From an uncultured Acidimicrobiaceae bacterium (GTDB lineage: Bacteria; Actinomycetota; Acidimicrobiia; Acidimicrobiales; Bog-793), in NCBI GenBank assembly GCA_963804765.1, contig CAWDRQ010000030.1, positions 155,705 through 219,704 of the forward strand: 64,000 bases of DNA. The letters run 5' to 3'. A program made the position numbers and the translations under genes. The stretch's first letter is position 1. Each line of letters opens with the position of its first letter. The notes beneath the pieces are model-generated. The model did not search any database. It was not told the origin of the DNA and was given only the letters and a program-made list of their open reading frames with translations. Of the stretch, positions 8,426-18,127 are shown piece after piece.

Positions 8426-11071
8426 TCACTCCGTACGCAGCATCAACGCCGTCTGGGTCCTCCCCGCCACTCTCCCTGGGAAGAAGGCGACGAGGTTCGC
8501 GAGGACGACCGCGCTGAGCGCAACGAAAACGATGGACATGCCGGGCACCGTGGGATCCGGAACCGCATAGATCTCACGAGCGAAGAGAATCCAAAGCCAC
8601 CGCCCGAGCACGACCCCGACGGGCACGCCAACGATCGTCCCGACGACAGCGACAAGGGACGCTTGCCACGCGACGGTGGCTGCAAGCTGTCGTCTCGTAA
8701 ACCCGAGCGTCTTCAGCAAGGCCAGGTCTCTCCTTCGACGACGAACCGAGGCAACGAGGGTGAGGCCAAGGGCGACGATCGCTCCGACCGCAAGCCCAGA
8801 CACAAGAATCGTGGGCGTAGCTCCCATGGAGCGGTAGTTGACAATCTCGGCCGGATGCTGGACCGGCAGTACCACGATCGTTCCACCACCTTGGCCATTC
8901 GGAACGGCCGCGAGGGCTTTGGTCCCAACCTCAGCGATCCGCTGCAGCGAGGCCAGCCCCGCCGCCGGACTCACTCCGTCTCGCAACCGCACGACCACCA
9001 TGGTCGGACCATTCAAGGTCGGATACGGACTTGTGGTGGCCCGTATCATCGCGGCCGGTTGGATCCCGTTCGCTACCAGTGCTCCTGTACCCATCGAAGG
9101 GTGCAGGCTCTCCGAGTCTCCGATAGCAGGCATGGTCGCTGTTCCCACGACGACAAGGGATGTCGGCGGAATGTAGAACGGTGCGTCCTTCGGGGACCCG
9201 TACGACACGACCACGCGATCGCCAACACGCCTATGCAACTGCGCGAGCGTGGCCGAACCGAGCACAATCTGGTCGTTGGCTTCAAGTGCGTGTCCGGTGA
9301 GGATCGGCGGAGTCACTTGGGCGTGCACGCTCCCGGCCAGTATCGGTACGGTTTGGCCGTCAATCCGCGCGCTCCCAAAGTTGAAGCCAGTCCACCCTGC
9401 AACGTCTCGGGAATGGTTTAGGAGTGCTCGAGCCTGAGGCGGTACGTTTCCTCCCGTTGTCTGTTCCAGGGCGTAGTTCCAGTTCCACCCATACAGTGCT
9501 GGGTGGGACACGAGGGTTTGGAGACTGCTGCCGAAGGTGAGGGTTGCGACCACCATGAGTACCGCGAGAGCTGTGCCGAATAATGCAGAGCGGACCGGCA
9601 CCGCCGTTCGACCGCGTCCTGGAGCAACGGCAAAACCGAGGCCGACGATCGCTGGAGCCGCGAGGCCGGAGGACACAGCGGCACGCACGATTCTTGATCC
9701 CGATCCTCCGATCCGCCTTCCCTGACGCGTGATGCGATCAGACGATCTCCAATATGCGAGTGCCAAAGCAAGCACGCCGAGGCCGATGATCAGTACCATG
9801 ACCCCAACGCTCAATACGTCCCAGTCGAAGGCGATACCAGGAGACGGATCAACCTCGCGGACCGCTCCGATCGGCGCGAGCGGCGAAAGCCCGACAGCCA
9901 CGCCCGCGGCAAGAAGTGAACCGCCGATCACCGCGCCAAGCACGCCGATCAGTCCGCCGGTCATCACCATCGTTGGACTGGCACCAAGTGCACGCAGCAC
10001 GTCAAGGTCGTCGTCGTCGGCTCGCAGTTGACGTCCGATCGCCTGGCCCGCGATGAGCAGCGTGGCGAGGGCCGCGATGGCTCCGAACACCCCGAGGGCG
10101 ATCGTCTCTGGTTTGATCGCCCGCTGCACCTCTGCTTCGACGACCGAAAGAACGTAGAAGTTGTATTGCGAACCACGCGGAACGAGTCCGATGATCTCCC
10201 CCTCGACGGCGGCTAAGTCGTTGCTCCCGTGGTCCAGCTGGAGGCCATAGACAACGAACGGCCAGAAGCTCGAACCTGCGATTAGAGATCGTGTGAGCCT
10301 CGGGGTGAAGAGCGCCTGGGCGACGAAGTGGTCAACATCATCATGGACAACCGCATGATTGTTGAACACGACAATCCCGACGAGCTTGGCAGCGAACCGG
10401 AGGTGCGCTTTGATTGTGGAAGCACCCGTTGCCGCTTGAGCAAGCGTGAAGGCACCGAAGGGGATCGTCTCGTTGAGGTACCACCCCGCCAGTCGTGCCG
10501 TTTCTGAGTCAGTGACGAACTCGTTCTCCCGCGCCGGATTGGCCATCCGCCCTTCAACGACAGTGACGCGGTCTTGTTTGAAGAACAGCCCGTTTGCACT
10601 TCCGATCGCTTGCGTCGAACCCGTGACAAAGGCGGACGAGCTATCGATGGTTCCATTCGGTCGAACCGGACCAACGAGGAGTTCCACATAGTTCGCCACG
10701 TGCTTGACGTAGGGAAGGTGGGCCAGCTGGTTCTTCAGGCCAGCGATGCCTGAGGAGGCCGTGCTCTGGGAGACGAACGCGACATCGAGGTCGGACGGGT
10801 TGGTGCTGGCCAAGTACGCGGGATACGAGGACTCTGTGCGGCGGGCACCTGCAATAGAGCCCATGGCGAGTCCACCGACCGACCCGATAAGAAGGACGAG
10901 CGACAAGTAGCCAACCCAACTGCGACCGAGAGCGGCGCGGAAGCGGTACCACGCGACCCGCATGACCTGTGCGTTCATGGCATCGTTCGCCCCTGGCGCG
11001 GCCGCTGTCGCCGCGATTAGCAGTTTGGGCAACCTCGAGATTGCGTCCAAGGTGGTCAGCCCATCGGTCAC
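8426..11071 (-). CDS. FtsX-family ABC transporter permease (duplicated FtsX module, MacB-like topology)
   Basis: 881-aa ORF. The true start is probably near MRVAWYRFRAALGRSW. There are two membrane blocks, each ending in an FtsX-type motif (...RELALLRALGAS/ RDLALLKTLGFTRRQL...). They are separated by large extracytoplasmic regions. Confidence 0.85.
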   Translation of the reverse strand: MTDGLTTLDAISRLPKLLIAATAAAPGANDAMNAQVMRVAWYRFRAALGRSWVGYLSLVLLIGSVGGLAMGSIAGARRTESSYPAYLASTNPSDLDVAFVSQSTASSGIAGLKNQLAHLPYVKHVANYVELLVGPVRPNGTIDSSSAFVTGSTQAIGSANGLFFKQDRVTVVEGRMANPARENEFVTDSETARLAGWYLNETIPFGAFTLAQAATGASTIKAHLRFAAKLVGIVVFNNHAVVHDDVDHFVAQALFTPRLTRSLIAGSSFWPFVVYGLQLDHGSNDLAAVEGEIIGLVPRGSQYNFYVLSVVEAEVQRAIKPETIALGVFGAIAALATLLIAGQAIGRQLRADDDDLDVLRALGASPTMVMTGGLIGVLGAVIGGSLLAAGVAVGLSPLAPIGAVREVDPSPGIAFDWDVLSVGVMVLIIGLGVLALALAYWRSSDRITRQGRRIGGSGSRIVRAAVSSGLAAPAIVGLGFAVAPGRGRTAVPVRSALFGTALAVLMVVATLTFGSSLQTLVSHPALYGWNWNYALEQTTGGNVPPQARALLNHSRDVAGWTGFNFGSARIDGQTVPILAGSVHAQVTPPILTGHALEANDQIVLGSATLAQLHRRVGDRVVVSYGSPKDAPFYIPPTSLVVVGTATMPAIGDSESLHPSMGTGALVANGIQPAAMIRATTSPYPTLNGPTMVVVRLRDGVSPAAGLASLQRIAEVGTKALAAVPNGQGGGTIVVLPVQHPAEIVNYRSMGATPTILVSGLAVGAIVALGLTLVASVRRRRRDLALLKTLGFTRRQLAATVAWQASLVAVVGTIVGVPVGVVLGRWLWILFAREIYAVPDPTVPGMSIVFVALSAVVLANLVAFFPGRVAGRTQTALMLRTE

Positions 11072-11360
11072 CCTCGTGTTAGCACCACTTCGATTCGGCG
11101 TACGAGGTCAGGGCGGCTCGACGGCAGGCGCGCTGATCCGCCGATACTCGGAACTGCAGGCCATAGGTCCGGGACGGTTGGGAGCAGCTGTACCGTTAGT
11201 GGCTACTTGCGCACATCGCCCCGAATACCGGCCCAACCGAAAAGGGCCGAGGCGACCGATCGACGGATCCGGACGCGATGGCCGATCAGCGCCCAGTCGG
11301 GCGTAGCTGCGCGTGTCCCAAACCGCCGCGTTCCGTGCTTCCGGGAACTGAGGTCGGGAA

Positions 11361-11624
11361 CTAAGCCTCGACGAGGATTACGAGGGTTTCAGGCAGCACG
11401 CCGTCGTGCGCCATCGCCTCGGCCGCCGCCTCGGTTTGCATCGCGCCCATGAAAGCGTCCATGTCGGGGACGTCCATGAGGACCGCAACATGCGTCGGGT
11501 TCTGCGGGTCGACGAACCTCCGGATGTTGGTGACACCAAGGGGCCCGAAGAGCTCTTCGCGCTTGGGCGATGCAAGCCAATGTTCCTTGTCCTTCACATC
11601 GTGGTGACCGATTATGGTCGGCAT
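11361..11624 (-). CDS. Conserved small hypothetical protein
   Basis: 87 aa: MPTIIGHHDVKDKEHWLASPKREELFGPLGVTNIRRFVDPQNPTHVAVLMDVPDMDAFMGAMQTEAAAEAMAHDGVLPETLVILVEA. I recognise the sequence type as a recurrent actinobacterial small protein. Function unknown. Confidence 0.6.
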   Translation of the reverse strand: MPTIIGHHDVKDKEHWLASPKREELFGPLGVTNIRRFVDPQNPTHVAVLMDVPDMDAFMGAMQTEAAAEAMAHDGVLPETLVILVEA

Positions 11625-11836
11625 GGCTCCCCCTCAAGTGCTTGGACCCGACGGCGGTGCCGAGCCCGGTGCGCCGACGCTACACCTACGTAGGTCACGC
11701 CTGCGTCGAAGAGTCGGGCCATGCCCTGAGTGATGGCGATGGGGGCAGGTGGAACAGTTTGACGTATCGAATACCGGCCAAGGTCCACGAGGTGGGCGAG
11801 CAGATCGAGATGTGTCCGTCTAACTGGCGCCGAGTG

Positions 11837-12752
11837 CTAACGGGCCGCCCCTGCCACGAATGCAGCGACGATGTACGTGGCGTGCCTATCCAAAGACACC
11901 CGTGCCCGGTCGTACCGCATCGTCGTTCGTGGGTCGGCGTGCGATGCCGCCTCCTGTACGTCGCGGAGCGGCACCCCGGCGTCGAGCGCGGCGGTGATGA
12001 AGGCGTGTCGGAGTGTGTGCGGACTCACGGACTTGGTGATCCCTGCACGCCGCGTGACGCGTCGGACGATTCGGCCGGCGCCGTGGCGGTCGAGGCGGCC
12101 GCCGTCAATACCGAGGAAGATCGGGCCCTCGCAGCGCTCACCGACTGCGAGATCGACCGCACGGGCCGTGCGTGGGGCGAGCGGGATCGTGACGACTTTG
12201 CCGCCTTTACGCACAATCGTGAGGGTTCGATGTCCGCGTTCGAGGCCGAGCGCCTCGATGTCGGCACCGGTCGCCTCTGAGACCCGCAACCCGTGAGGGC
12301 GAGCAAGGAGATGAGGGCGTGCTCGACGGCCGCTCCGAGCCCGGCGGCTACAAGTAGAGCGCCGAGTTCGTTGCGATCGAGGCCGGTGACGTGCGACTCG
12401 TAGTCAAGGCGAGGCCGGCGGACATGGACCGCTGGTGAGTGCTCGAGAAGCTCCTCCTCGACGGCGTAGCGGTAGAAGCCGGCGACTGTGCAAAGCCTCC
12501 GGGCAACCGTCGCGCGAGCGCGGCCGCGCTCCTCGAGGTCGCGACCGAAGCACTCGATGTCCGCGCGCCTTACCTCGAAGAGGTGGACGTGGTGCTCCTC
12601 GCACCAGGAGGCGAACTGGCGCGGGTCGAGCACGTAAGCCCGCGGGTGAGCCCGCTGTAACCGGCAAGGAATCCGGCGAGAGCGACTCGCTCGGCGTCGG
12701 TGAATACGGGCTTTGAGACGACGACGGCAGTTGACGGCATCGTGGTGGTCAT
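11837..12752 (-). pseudogene. Tyrosine recombinase/integrase split over three reading frames
   Basis: Three consecutive pieces lie in three frames. Piece 1 is MTTTMPSTAVVVSKPVFTDAERVALAGFLAGYSGLTR (frame 1). Piece 2 is AYVLDPRQFASWCEEHHVHLFEVRRADIECFGRDLEERGRARATVARRL...LISLLALTG (frame 2). Piece 3 is LRVSEATGADIEALGLERGHRTLTIVRKGGKV...HTLRHAFITAALDAGVPLRDVQEAASHADPRTTMRYDRA (frame 3, with the R..H.LRH..Y catalytic signature). The shifts lie near 12640 and 12290. Confidence 0.8.
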
Positions 12753-12934
12753 GGCGCACCTCCAGGTCGAGCTGAGACCCGGGGCTGGGCCGAGCGGGCC
12801 CCAGCGATGATGAGAGGCTCACCGTAGGCCGGTGTGCTCGCACACGCTCGAGGGGCGCGGTCAAGAGAGACATGCCGCCGATTACAGGCGGTGGTGCTGA
12901 GGCTCCACGGTGGGGTGCGGAGTTTGGTTATCTA

Positions 12935-13037
12935 CGAAGTGATGCGAGTTGTTGTTCTCGGTCGAGGTGGAGCTGGCAAGAGCACGCTCGTCGATGGGCT
13001 CGCTGCCGCGACGAGGCCCAGTGCCCGCGCGTCGTGA
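12935..13037 (+). pseudogene. P-loop NTPase (adenylate-kinase-like) N-terminal fragment
   Basis: VMRVVVLGRGGAGKSTLVDGLAAAT... carries a Walker A motif directly after the start, then decays into stops in all frames. Only about 33 codons are recognisable. Confidence 0.4.
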
Positions 13038-13109
13038 TTGGTCGGGACCTCGACGCTCGAAGTAGTTCCACGGCTAACATCACCGCCACCGACTACACAA
13101 GGGGGGACA

Positions 13110-13529
13110 GTGGGTAACTCGGACACTCTGCGCCGCGCGTATGAGCTCGTCAGTGCCGGTGATCTGGATGGGTTCTTCGACTACCTAGCGGACGACTTTG
13201 TTGAGCACGAGACTGGGCCGGGCCTCGAATCAACCAAGGCTGGCACCAAGCAACTGTTCGCCATGATGAAGGCCGGTTTCCCCGATCTGCGATTCGACGC
13301 CGAAGACATCCTTGAGAGTGGGGACAAGGTCGTGGCTCGGGCCCGCGTAACGGGGACCAACAAGGGCGAGTTCATGGGCATCCCCGCCAGCGGGAAGAGC
13401 ATCGACATTCAGGCCATTGACATCCTCCGCTTTGGCGCCGACGGATTGGCGCACGAGCATTGGGGCGTCATGGACATCATGTCGATGATGCAGCAAATAG
13501 GCGCCGTACCCCAAGGCCCGCCTGCCTAG
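13110..13529 (+). CDS. SnoaL-like ester cyclase family protein
   Basis: GTG 13110 follows a GGGGGGA ribosome-binding site. The sequence is VGNSDTLRRAYELVSAGDLDGFFDYLADDFVEHE...KAGFPDLRFDAEDILESGDKVVARARVTGTNKGEFMGIPASGKSIDIQAIDILRFGADGLAHEHWGVMD. This is the canonical ester-cyclase (SnoaL_2-type) signature. Confidence 0.8.
   Translation: MGNSDTLRRAYELVSAGDLDGFFDYLADDFVEHETGPGLESTKAGTKQLFAMMKAGFPDLRFDAEDILESGDKVVARARVTGTNKGEFMGIPASGKSIDIQAIDILRFGADGLAHEHWGVMDIMSMMQQIGAVPQGPPA
13209..13424 (+). repeat. 216-bp repeat, copy 2 (inside the intact SnoaL-like gene)
   Basis: Partner of 4157-4372, with 214/216 identical bases in direct orientation. Confidence 0.9.
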
Positions 13530-13840
13530 TGCTGGAAGGACCCCCGACGTTCGCTCACCGGCATATTCGCTGACAGCGTTCCATCAGGTTCCTTCCGGAG
13601 CCCGCAGATCGGCCAATTTCAAGCGCGAGTTCCCGCGTCGCTCCGTACGCTCTGGCAGTACGGAAGGACGGCTCGGCGTGCGCACGGAGCGCCGAATATT
13701 TGTGTACCCGCTACGTCTCGCCGGCCTATGTCACGCGTCGTTCTGGCTGACGAGATGAACGCTCTGCATCGACTTCGGTTGCGGACGGCGACGACCAGAG
13801 CACACGCTGAAGCCGGGTCGCCTGGCGGAGCGGTCCCGCT

Positions 13841-15340
13841 CTACGGGCCGATCCCGGCGAGGTCGACCGGGACAGTGCCCGCCACGTAACCCCAGCACTC
13901 GGCTCCGCCATCTTTCAGCACAGCGCAAGCGCTTCCGGTGCCGACCTCGAGGCTCGCAATGCCAGCGAGGCCCTTCACCGTGACAGGAACGTCGGAGGCG
14001 CCTTCGCTGCCGTCATCCCCGAGTTCCCCGTAACCGTTCTGCCCCCAGCACATGGCCGTGCCGTTCTTGAGTACGGCGCAGTAGGTGTAGCCACTGCCGG
14101 TGGAACCGTTGTCGTCACCGCCCACAAGGCGCGCCGCGCCGGCGAGCCCCTTCACAGTGACAGGTATGTTCGAGAACGGCTGAGCAGTGGAGGGGCGGCC
14201 GTCTCCCAGCTCATCTGAGGAGTTGGATCCCCAGCACTTCGCCCCGCCAGTACGCAACTGGGCGCAGTAGCCGTAGTCGGTACCCGCGAGGCTCACCGCG
14301 TCGGCAAGACCTTTGACTCTGACCGGAACGTCCGAGCCGTCATTGGTCTTGGGGTTGGGCTTGCTGCCATCTCCCAGCTCGCCGAACGAGTTGTTTCCCC
14401 AGCACTGCACCTCGCCGCTGCCCAGCAGGGCGCAGTAGCCGATGCCGTCACTCGCCAGACTCGACGCGCCGGTGAGACCCTTCACCACGACTGGCACGTT
14501 CGAGGACACCTGGGTCGAGGAGCCGGAGCCGGCGAGATCACCGAGCTGGCCGTCGCCAAGTTCGTTGTAATCGTTGTCGCCCCAGCACTCGGCCCGACCG
14601 TTCTTCAGCAAGGCGCAGTAGCCGGCCTGGTCGCTCGCCAGGCTCTTGACGTCGGCGAGCCCCTTCACCGTGACCGGCACGTCAGAAGAAGTTGCGTTGC
14701 TGCCATTGCCTAGGAGTCCGCTGGCCGTCACACCGCCGCCGATAACAGCGTCGTTACTCCCCCAGCACTTAACTCCGCCTCGCCCCCAGACTGCGCAGAA
14801 GCCGAACGCGGAGCCGTACCCGTTTCGATCGCTCACCAGGCTCTTCACTCCGGTAAGGCCCTTTACCGCCACCGGTACGTCCGAGAACTCTTCGCCGCTT
14901 CCATTGCCCAGCAAACCCGCGGCCTCCCCTGGAGCACCCGGAAAGCCGCCGTGGTTGTAACCCCAGCACTCGACCAGCTCACTTCTCAAGACAGCGCAGT
15001 AACCGTCGCCGTCGCTCACGAGGCGCGTGACGCCAGAGAGGCCCTTGGCAGCTGGAGCGACATCCGAGTACCACAGAGACGCAACAGTGCCGTTTCCCAG
15101 CGCTCCGTAGGTGTTGGCACCCCAGCACTCGACCGCGCCACTCCTCAACAATGCACACGTGCCTTGGTCGTCGCCGACCAAGGCAGCAGCAGGCTCGAGC
15201 TTCGTTGCCGTCGTCTGGATCGTCGTTGTCGTCTGGGCCGTGGTCTGTTGGCTCGATCCATTCGTCGCTGACGCAGCAGCCACTGCCGCACTCATCAGCG
15301 CTACCGTCGCCACAAGCGCGGCAAATATCCTGAAACGCAT
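13841..15340 (-). CDS. Secreted RCC1-repeat (beta-propeller) protein
   Basis: 499 aa with signal peptide MRFRIFAALVATVALMSAAVAAASA. Seven to eight repeats of the RCC1 signature are present: (A/V)(E/K)CWG.N..G.LG(D/N)G ... VPV.VKGL.G. A Thr/Gln-rich linker follows the signal peptide. Confidence 0.85.
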   Translation of the reverse strand: MRFRIFAALVATVALMSAAVAAASATNGSSQQTTAQTTTTIQTTATKLEPAAALVGDDQGTCALLRSGAVECWGANTYGALGNGTVASLWYSDVAPAAKGLSGVTRLVSDGDGYCAVLRSELVECWGYNHGGFPGAPGEAAGLLGNGSGEEFSDVPVAVKGLTGVKSLVSDRNGYGSAFGFCAVWGRGGVKCWGSNDAVIGGGVTASGLLGNGSNATSSDVPVTVKGLADVKSLASDQAGYCALLKNGRAECWGDNDYNELGDGQLGDLAGSGSSTQVSSNVPVVVKGLTGASSLASDGIGYCALLGSGEVQCWGNNSFGELGDGSKPNPKTNDGSDVPVRVKGLADAVSLAGTDYGYCAQLRTGGAKCWGSNSSDELGDGRPSTAQPFSNIPVTVKGLAGAARLVGGDDNGSTGSGYTYCAVLKNGTAMCWGQNGYGELGDDGSEGASDVPVTVKGLAGIASLEVGTGSACAVLKDGGAECWGYVAGTVPVDLAGIGP

Positions 15341-15783
15341 AGCCCTCCCCCTCCATAAATCTGGGCTCGGCGCGTGTTGAGGCTGAACCCGCCGGACTCT
15401 CTCGCCTGGTGGCAGTCATCGTACAGGAGCGACCGCTCCCGAGTCGGGGCGGACGAAGTCACCAAATCCGGCCCGGCAGCCTGAGGGCGCTCGCTATTGC
15501 TTCCTCGTTGGTGCGCAGCGCGGGTACGTGTCGAGCCGCCCATCCAGCTCTCGCAGGTAGGTCCACTGGGCCTCGGTGAGGCTCACGTCCTCGTGCCCGT
15601 CTACTTTGTCCGCTTCACCGACCCCCAAGGCGCGGCTACGTGGCAAACCTCATCGCTCCCTCAGCGCCCGCACGAGCTGGTCGAGGATCGCGAGCGGCGC
15701 GTGCCCGGATAACGAATCCTCTTGTGCAGGTCGGGTGACGACAGTGCGCTGCCACGAAAATCACCACACGAGAGGATCAGTCA

Positions 15784-16074
15784 ATGCTCTTAGGGGGGAC
15801 CTACAAGTTCCGGACAGGTGTTGACCAGCGCGTCGGGCTGAAGAGATTCCAGGCTTGGATGCCTCCGGCCGGCTTCACGTTTCATGGCCACTGGGCGAAG
15901 GCCGATGGCACGGGCGGAATGTTCATCGCCGAGGCGGAGAGCGCCGCGGCTGCTTTTGAGGCCACGGGGGCGTTCGGCGACCTGATCGAGTTCCACCTCG
16001 TTCCCGTGCTGGACATCATGGAATCGGTGCCGATTAGTGCACGAGTGCTCGGCTGGATCGACCCTGTCGGCTAA
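15784..16074 (+). CDS. DUF3303-like small protein
   Basis: 96 aa. The pattern (...RFQAWMPPAGFTFHGHW...GGMFIAEAESAAAAFEATGAFGDLIEFHLVPVLD) fits what I recall for DUF3303. Confidence 0.55.
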   Translation: MLLGGTYKFRTGVDQRVGLKRFQAWMPPAGFTFHGHWAKADGTGGMFIAEAESAAAAFEATGAFGDLIEFHLVPVLDIMESVPISARVLGWIDPVG

Positions 16075-16325
16075 TCACCCTCTCATGCCGTAACTGGCCC
16101 TTGGCGGCGCACGGGAGGAGCGACATAACGCCTCATCCGGATCCTCGAGCCGGAGGCTTGACGGAACCAGAGGCCCGGCCATATCGACGGCTCGGCGTGC
16201 ACACGAGATCCTGGCCGAGTCTGTCGCGGCGTTCGCGTCGACGGGTGCTGACATAAGTGCGTCGTAAGATGTGCGTCGTTCTGTATCCGTGCGCCACTGA
16301 ACGCCGGCTCGGTGGTGTGGACCGG

Positions 16326-16628
16326 CTAGACGTCTCCCCCGTTGCCGCGTCTAGCCAGCTCTACCAAGCGACCCACGTTCACGGTCCAACCCACGCCGAA
16401 GCCGTGCGGCATCAAGATTCGCGAATCGTCAGGAGACCATACGGACGCGAGGAGCCGTCGAAACGTCGGTCGCCGGAGATCGTAAGGCACGATGCCAGCG
16501 ACCTTCCCAACCCACCGTCTCTCGTCCGGCGGCTTCCTGAGCTCCTGGATAATGGCGGCTGCCAGCAGTGCTGCAACGACGATCAACGAGACGGTTCTTT
16601 CGGTGGATCGCTCAGTCTTATTCGCCAT
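16326..16628 (-). CDS. DUF5808-like small membrane protein
   Basis: 100 aa from ATG 16628. One transmembrane helix (VSLIVVAALLAAAIIQ) is followed by PYDLRRPTFRRLLASVWSPDDSRILMPHGFGVGWTVN, the PYD.R.PT...P..FGvGW..N motif. Confidence 0.55.
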   Translation of the reverse strand: MANKTERSTERTVSLIVVAALLAAAIIQELRKPPDERRWVGKVAGIVPYDLRRPTFRRLLASVWSPDDSRILMPHGFGVGWTVNVGRLVELARRGNGGDV

Positions 16629-16777
16629 GTCGCCATTGTCGCGGCTGCCACACCGACCTGCGACTCCTATTGCTGCCGGTTGGGTGACGCTCCCGAGCGT
16701 CGTTCTGCTCGCCTCGGCCAGGGCGCCATAGTCCTCAGCGCCTGGCGCGTATGGACCGATATGGATCTGTGGCTTCG

Positions 16778-18127
16778 TCAGCCGTTCGCGTAACGAGCGA
16801 GCAGGGGCACAAGCACTCCGGCGTTCGGGCTGCCCCAGCCGGTTACAGGGTCCCAGCCCGGGCCTGCTCGGTAGCCAGTGATCGTCCCGTGGGGGAACTC
16901 GGCCGTGTTGGCGGGACCGGCTGTGATGTCGTGGAAGGCCTGGTGGTAGTGCGGGCCGCGGACGATTTGGTAGATCGCCGGGTTGACGAAGCCGAGGTGA
17001 CGCTTCGCGTACTGGTCGGCGAGGGCGATGATTCCGGCCCACAGGGGAGCGCTGGCGCTCGTTCCGCCGTGCCCGCTCGCGTAGACCCGGCCGGCGTTGG
17101 CCGTGACGACCGGAAAGCCGGTGTGGGGGTTGGCGTCAGCGGCCACGTCGGGCACCCCACGGTAGGCACCGATGCCCACCACGCTGTTCTGGTAGGAGGG
17201 CCGACTGAAGAGATGGCTGAACCCCCCACCCGATGCCTGGAAGCCGGTGCCGGGATCGCCGTAGGGAAGGCCCCAGGCGGTCTCGCCGATCCAGGCACCG
17301 GTCGTGTGGCTGGCGTCGAGGGTCGTGCCCCCGACGCTTAAGACGAGCGGGTCGGAGGCGACAAGGACGACTTCCTTCCTCGGAACGAAGCTGCTGCTGA
17401 TGCCGCCGGAGAGGGCGTCGATGAGGGCGCACGGCTCGCCCGCCGCGCCGGTGTCGCCCGTGGCCGCGACAATGGTCACGTGGTGGTCGGCATCGGTTTG
17501 GAGCGCCGTGTTCAGCTGGGCGAGCTGGGCGTGGTCGACGCAGTGCTCGCCGCCGATCTGGCCGGCCGGACTGAGCGAGATGATGCCGCCCTCCGAGGCA
17601 CCGAGTCGCAATGCGGCGACAGAGGCCGCCACCGCCTGGCCGGCGCTGTCGAGGGAGGTTCCTTTGACCAAGACGATGGTGAGCGCGGCGCTTGGAGCGA
17701 TCGTGTGGACGACCTCGGCATCCAAGACCTCCTCCCCGTAGGCAAGCCACGGGTCCTTTGGCCCAGCGAAGGTGCTCACGACCCGCAGGCGCGGCGCCGG
17801 CAAGTGGAACAGCCGGTCGAACGCGGCGAAGTCCTGTCGCAAGTCAGTAACCAGTGGCGGTGAGAGCTGCGACTCGGCCAGCTCGGGCAGCACCACGGTC
17901 TCGCCGCGGCCATCGGTACCGCTCTTAAGGAGCGGCTGGACGCCGTAGGCAACCTCGAGCTGCTGTGGCGTGTAGCAGGTGGTCACCGAGTTGCATTCGG
18001 CGGTCCCGCTCGTCGGCCCCGGTTGGGGCCTCCTGGCGCTCGATGAGGCGGCCGCGGTGAGCGTGGTGGCCGCGACCAAGGAGATCGCCGCGGCACTGAC
18101 GACGAGGAAGTGCCTGCGAGGGATCAT
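16778..18127 (-). CDS. S53 (sedolisin/kumamolisin-like) serine peptidase, secreted
   Basis: ATG 18127 gives the signal-like N-terminus MIPRRHFLVVSAAAISLVAATTLTAAASSSA. The ORF also opens 11 codons earlier at 18160. A pro-domain motif YTPQQLEVAYGV is present. The catalytic Ser block is GHGGTSASAPLWAGIIALADQY. Confidence 0.85.
   Translation of the reverse strand: MIPRRHFLVVSAAAISLVAATTLTAAASSSARRPQPGPTSGTAECNSVTTCYTPQQLEVAYGVQPLLKSGTDGRGETVVLPELAESQLSPPLVTDLRQDFAAFDRLFHLPAPRLRVVSTFAGPKDPWLAYGEEVLDAEVVHTIAPSAALTIVLVKGTSLDSAGQAVAASVAALRLGASEGGIISLSPAGQIGGEHCVDHAQLAQLNTALQTDADHHVTIVAATGDTGAAGEPCALIDALSGGISSSFVPRKEVVLVASDPLVLSVGGTTLDASHTTGAWIGETAWGLPYGDPGTGFQASGGGFSHLFSRPSYQNSVVGIGAYRGVPDVAADANPHTGFPVVTANAGRVYASGHGGTSASAPLWAGIIALADQYAKRHLGFVNPAIYQIVRGPHYHQAFHDITAGPANTAEFPHGTITGYRAGPGWDPVTGWGSPNAGVLVPLLARYANG

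Noticed and set aside
13667-13690. Short direct repeat GACGGCTCGGCGTGC(R)CACG(R)AG at 13667-13690 and 16187-16210, flanking the RCC1 and DUF3303 genes.
   Set aside because: Only 15 consecutive bases match perfectly. At this window size and GC bias, one or more such matches are expected by chance, and no mobile-element features accompany it.
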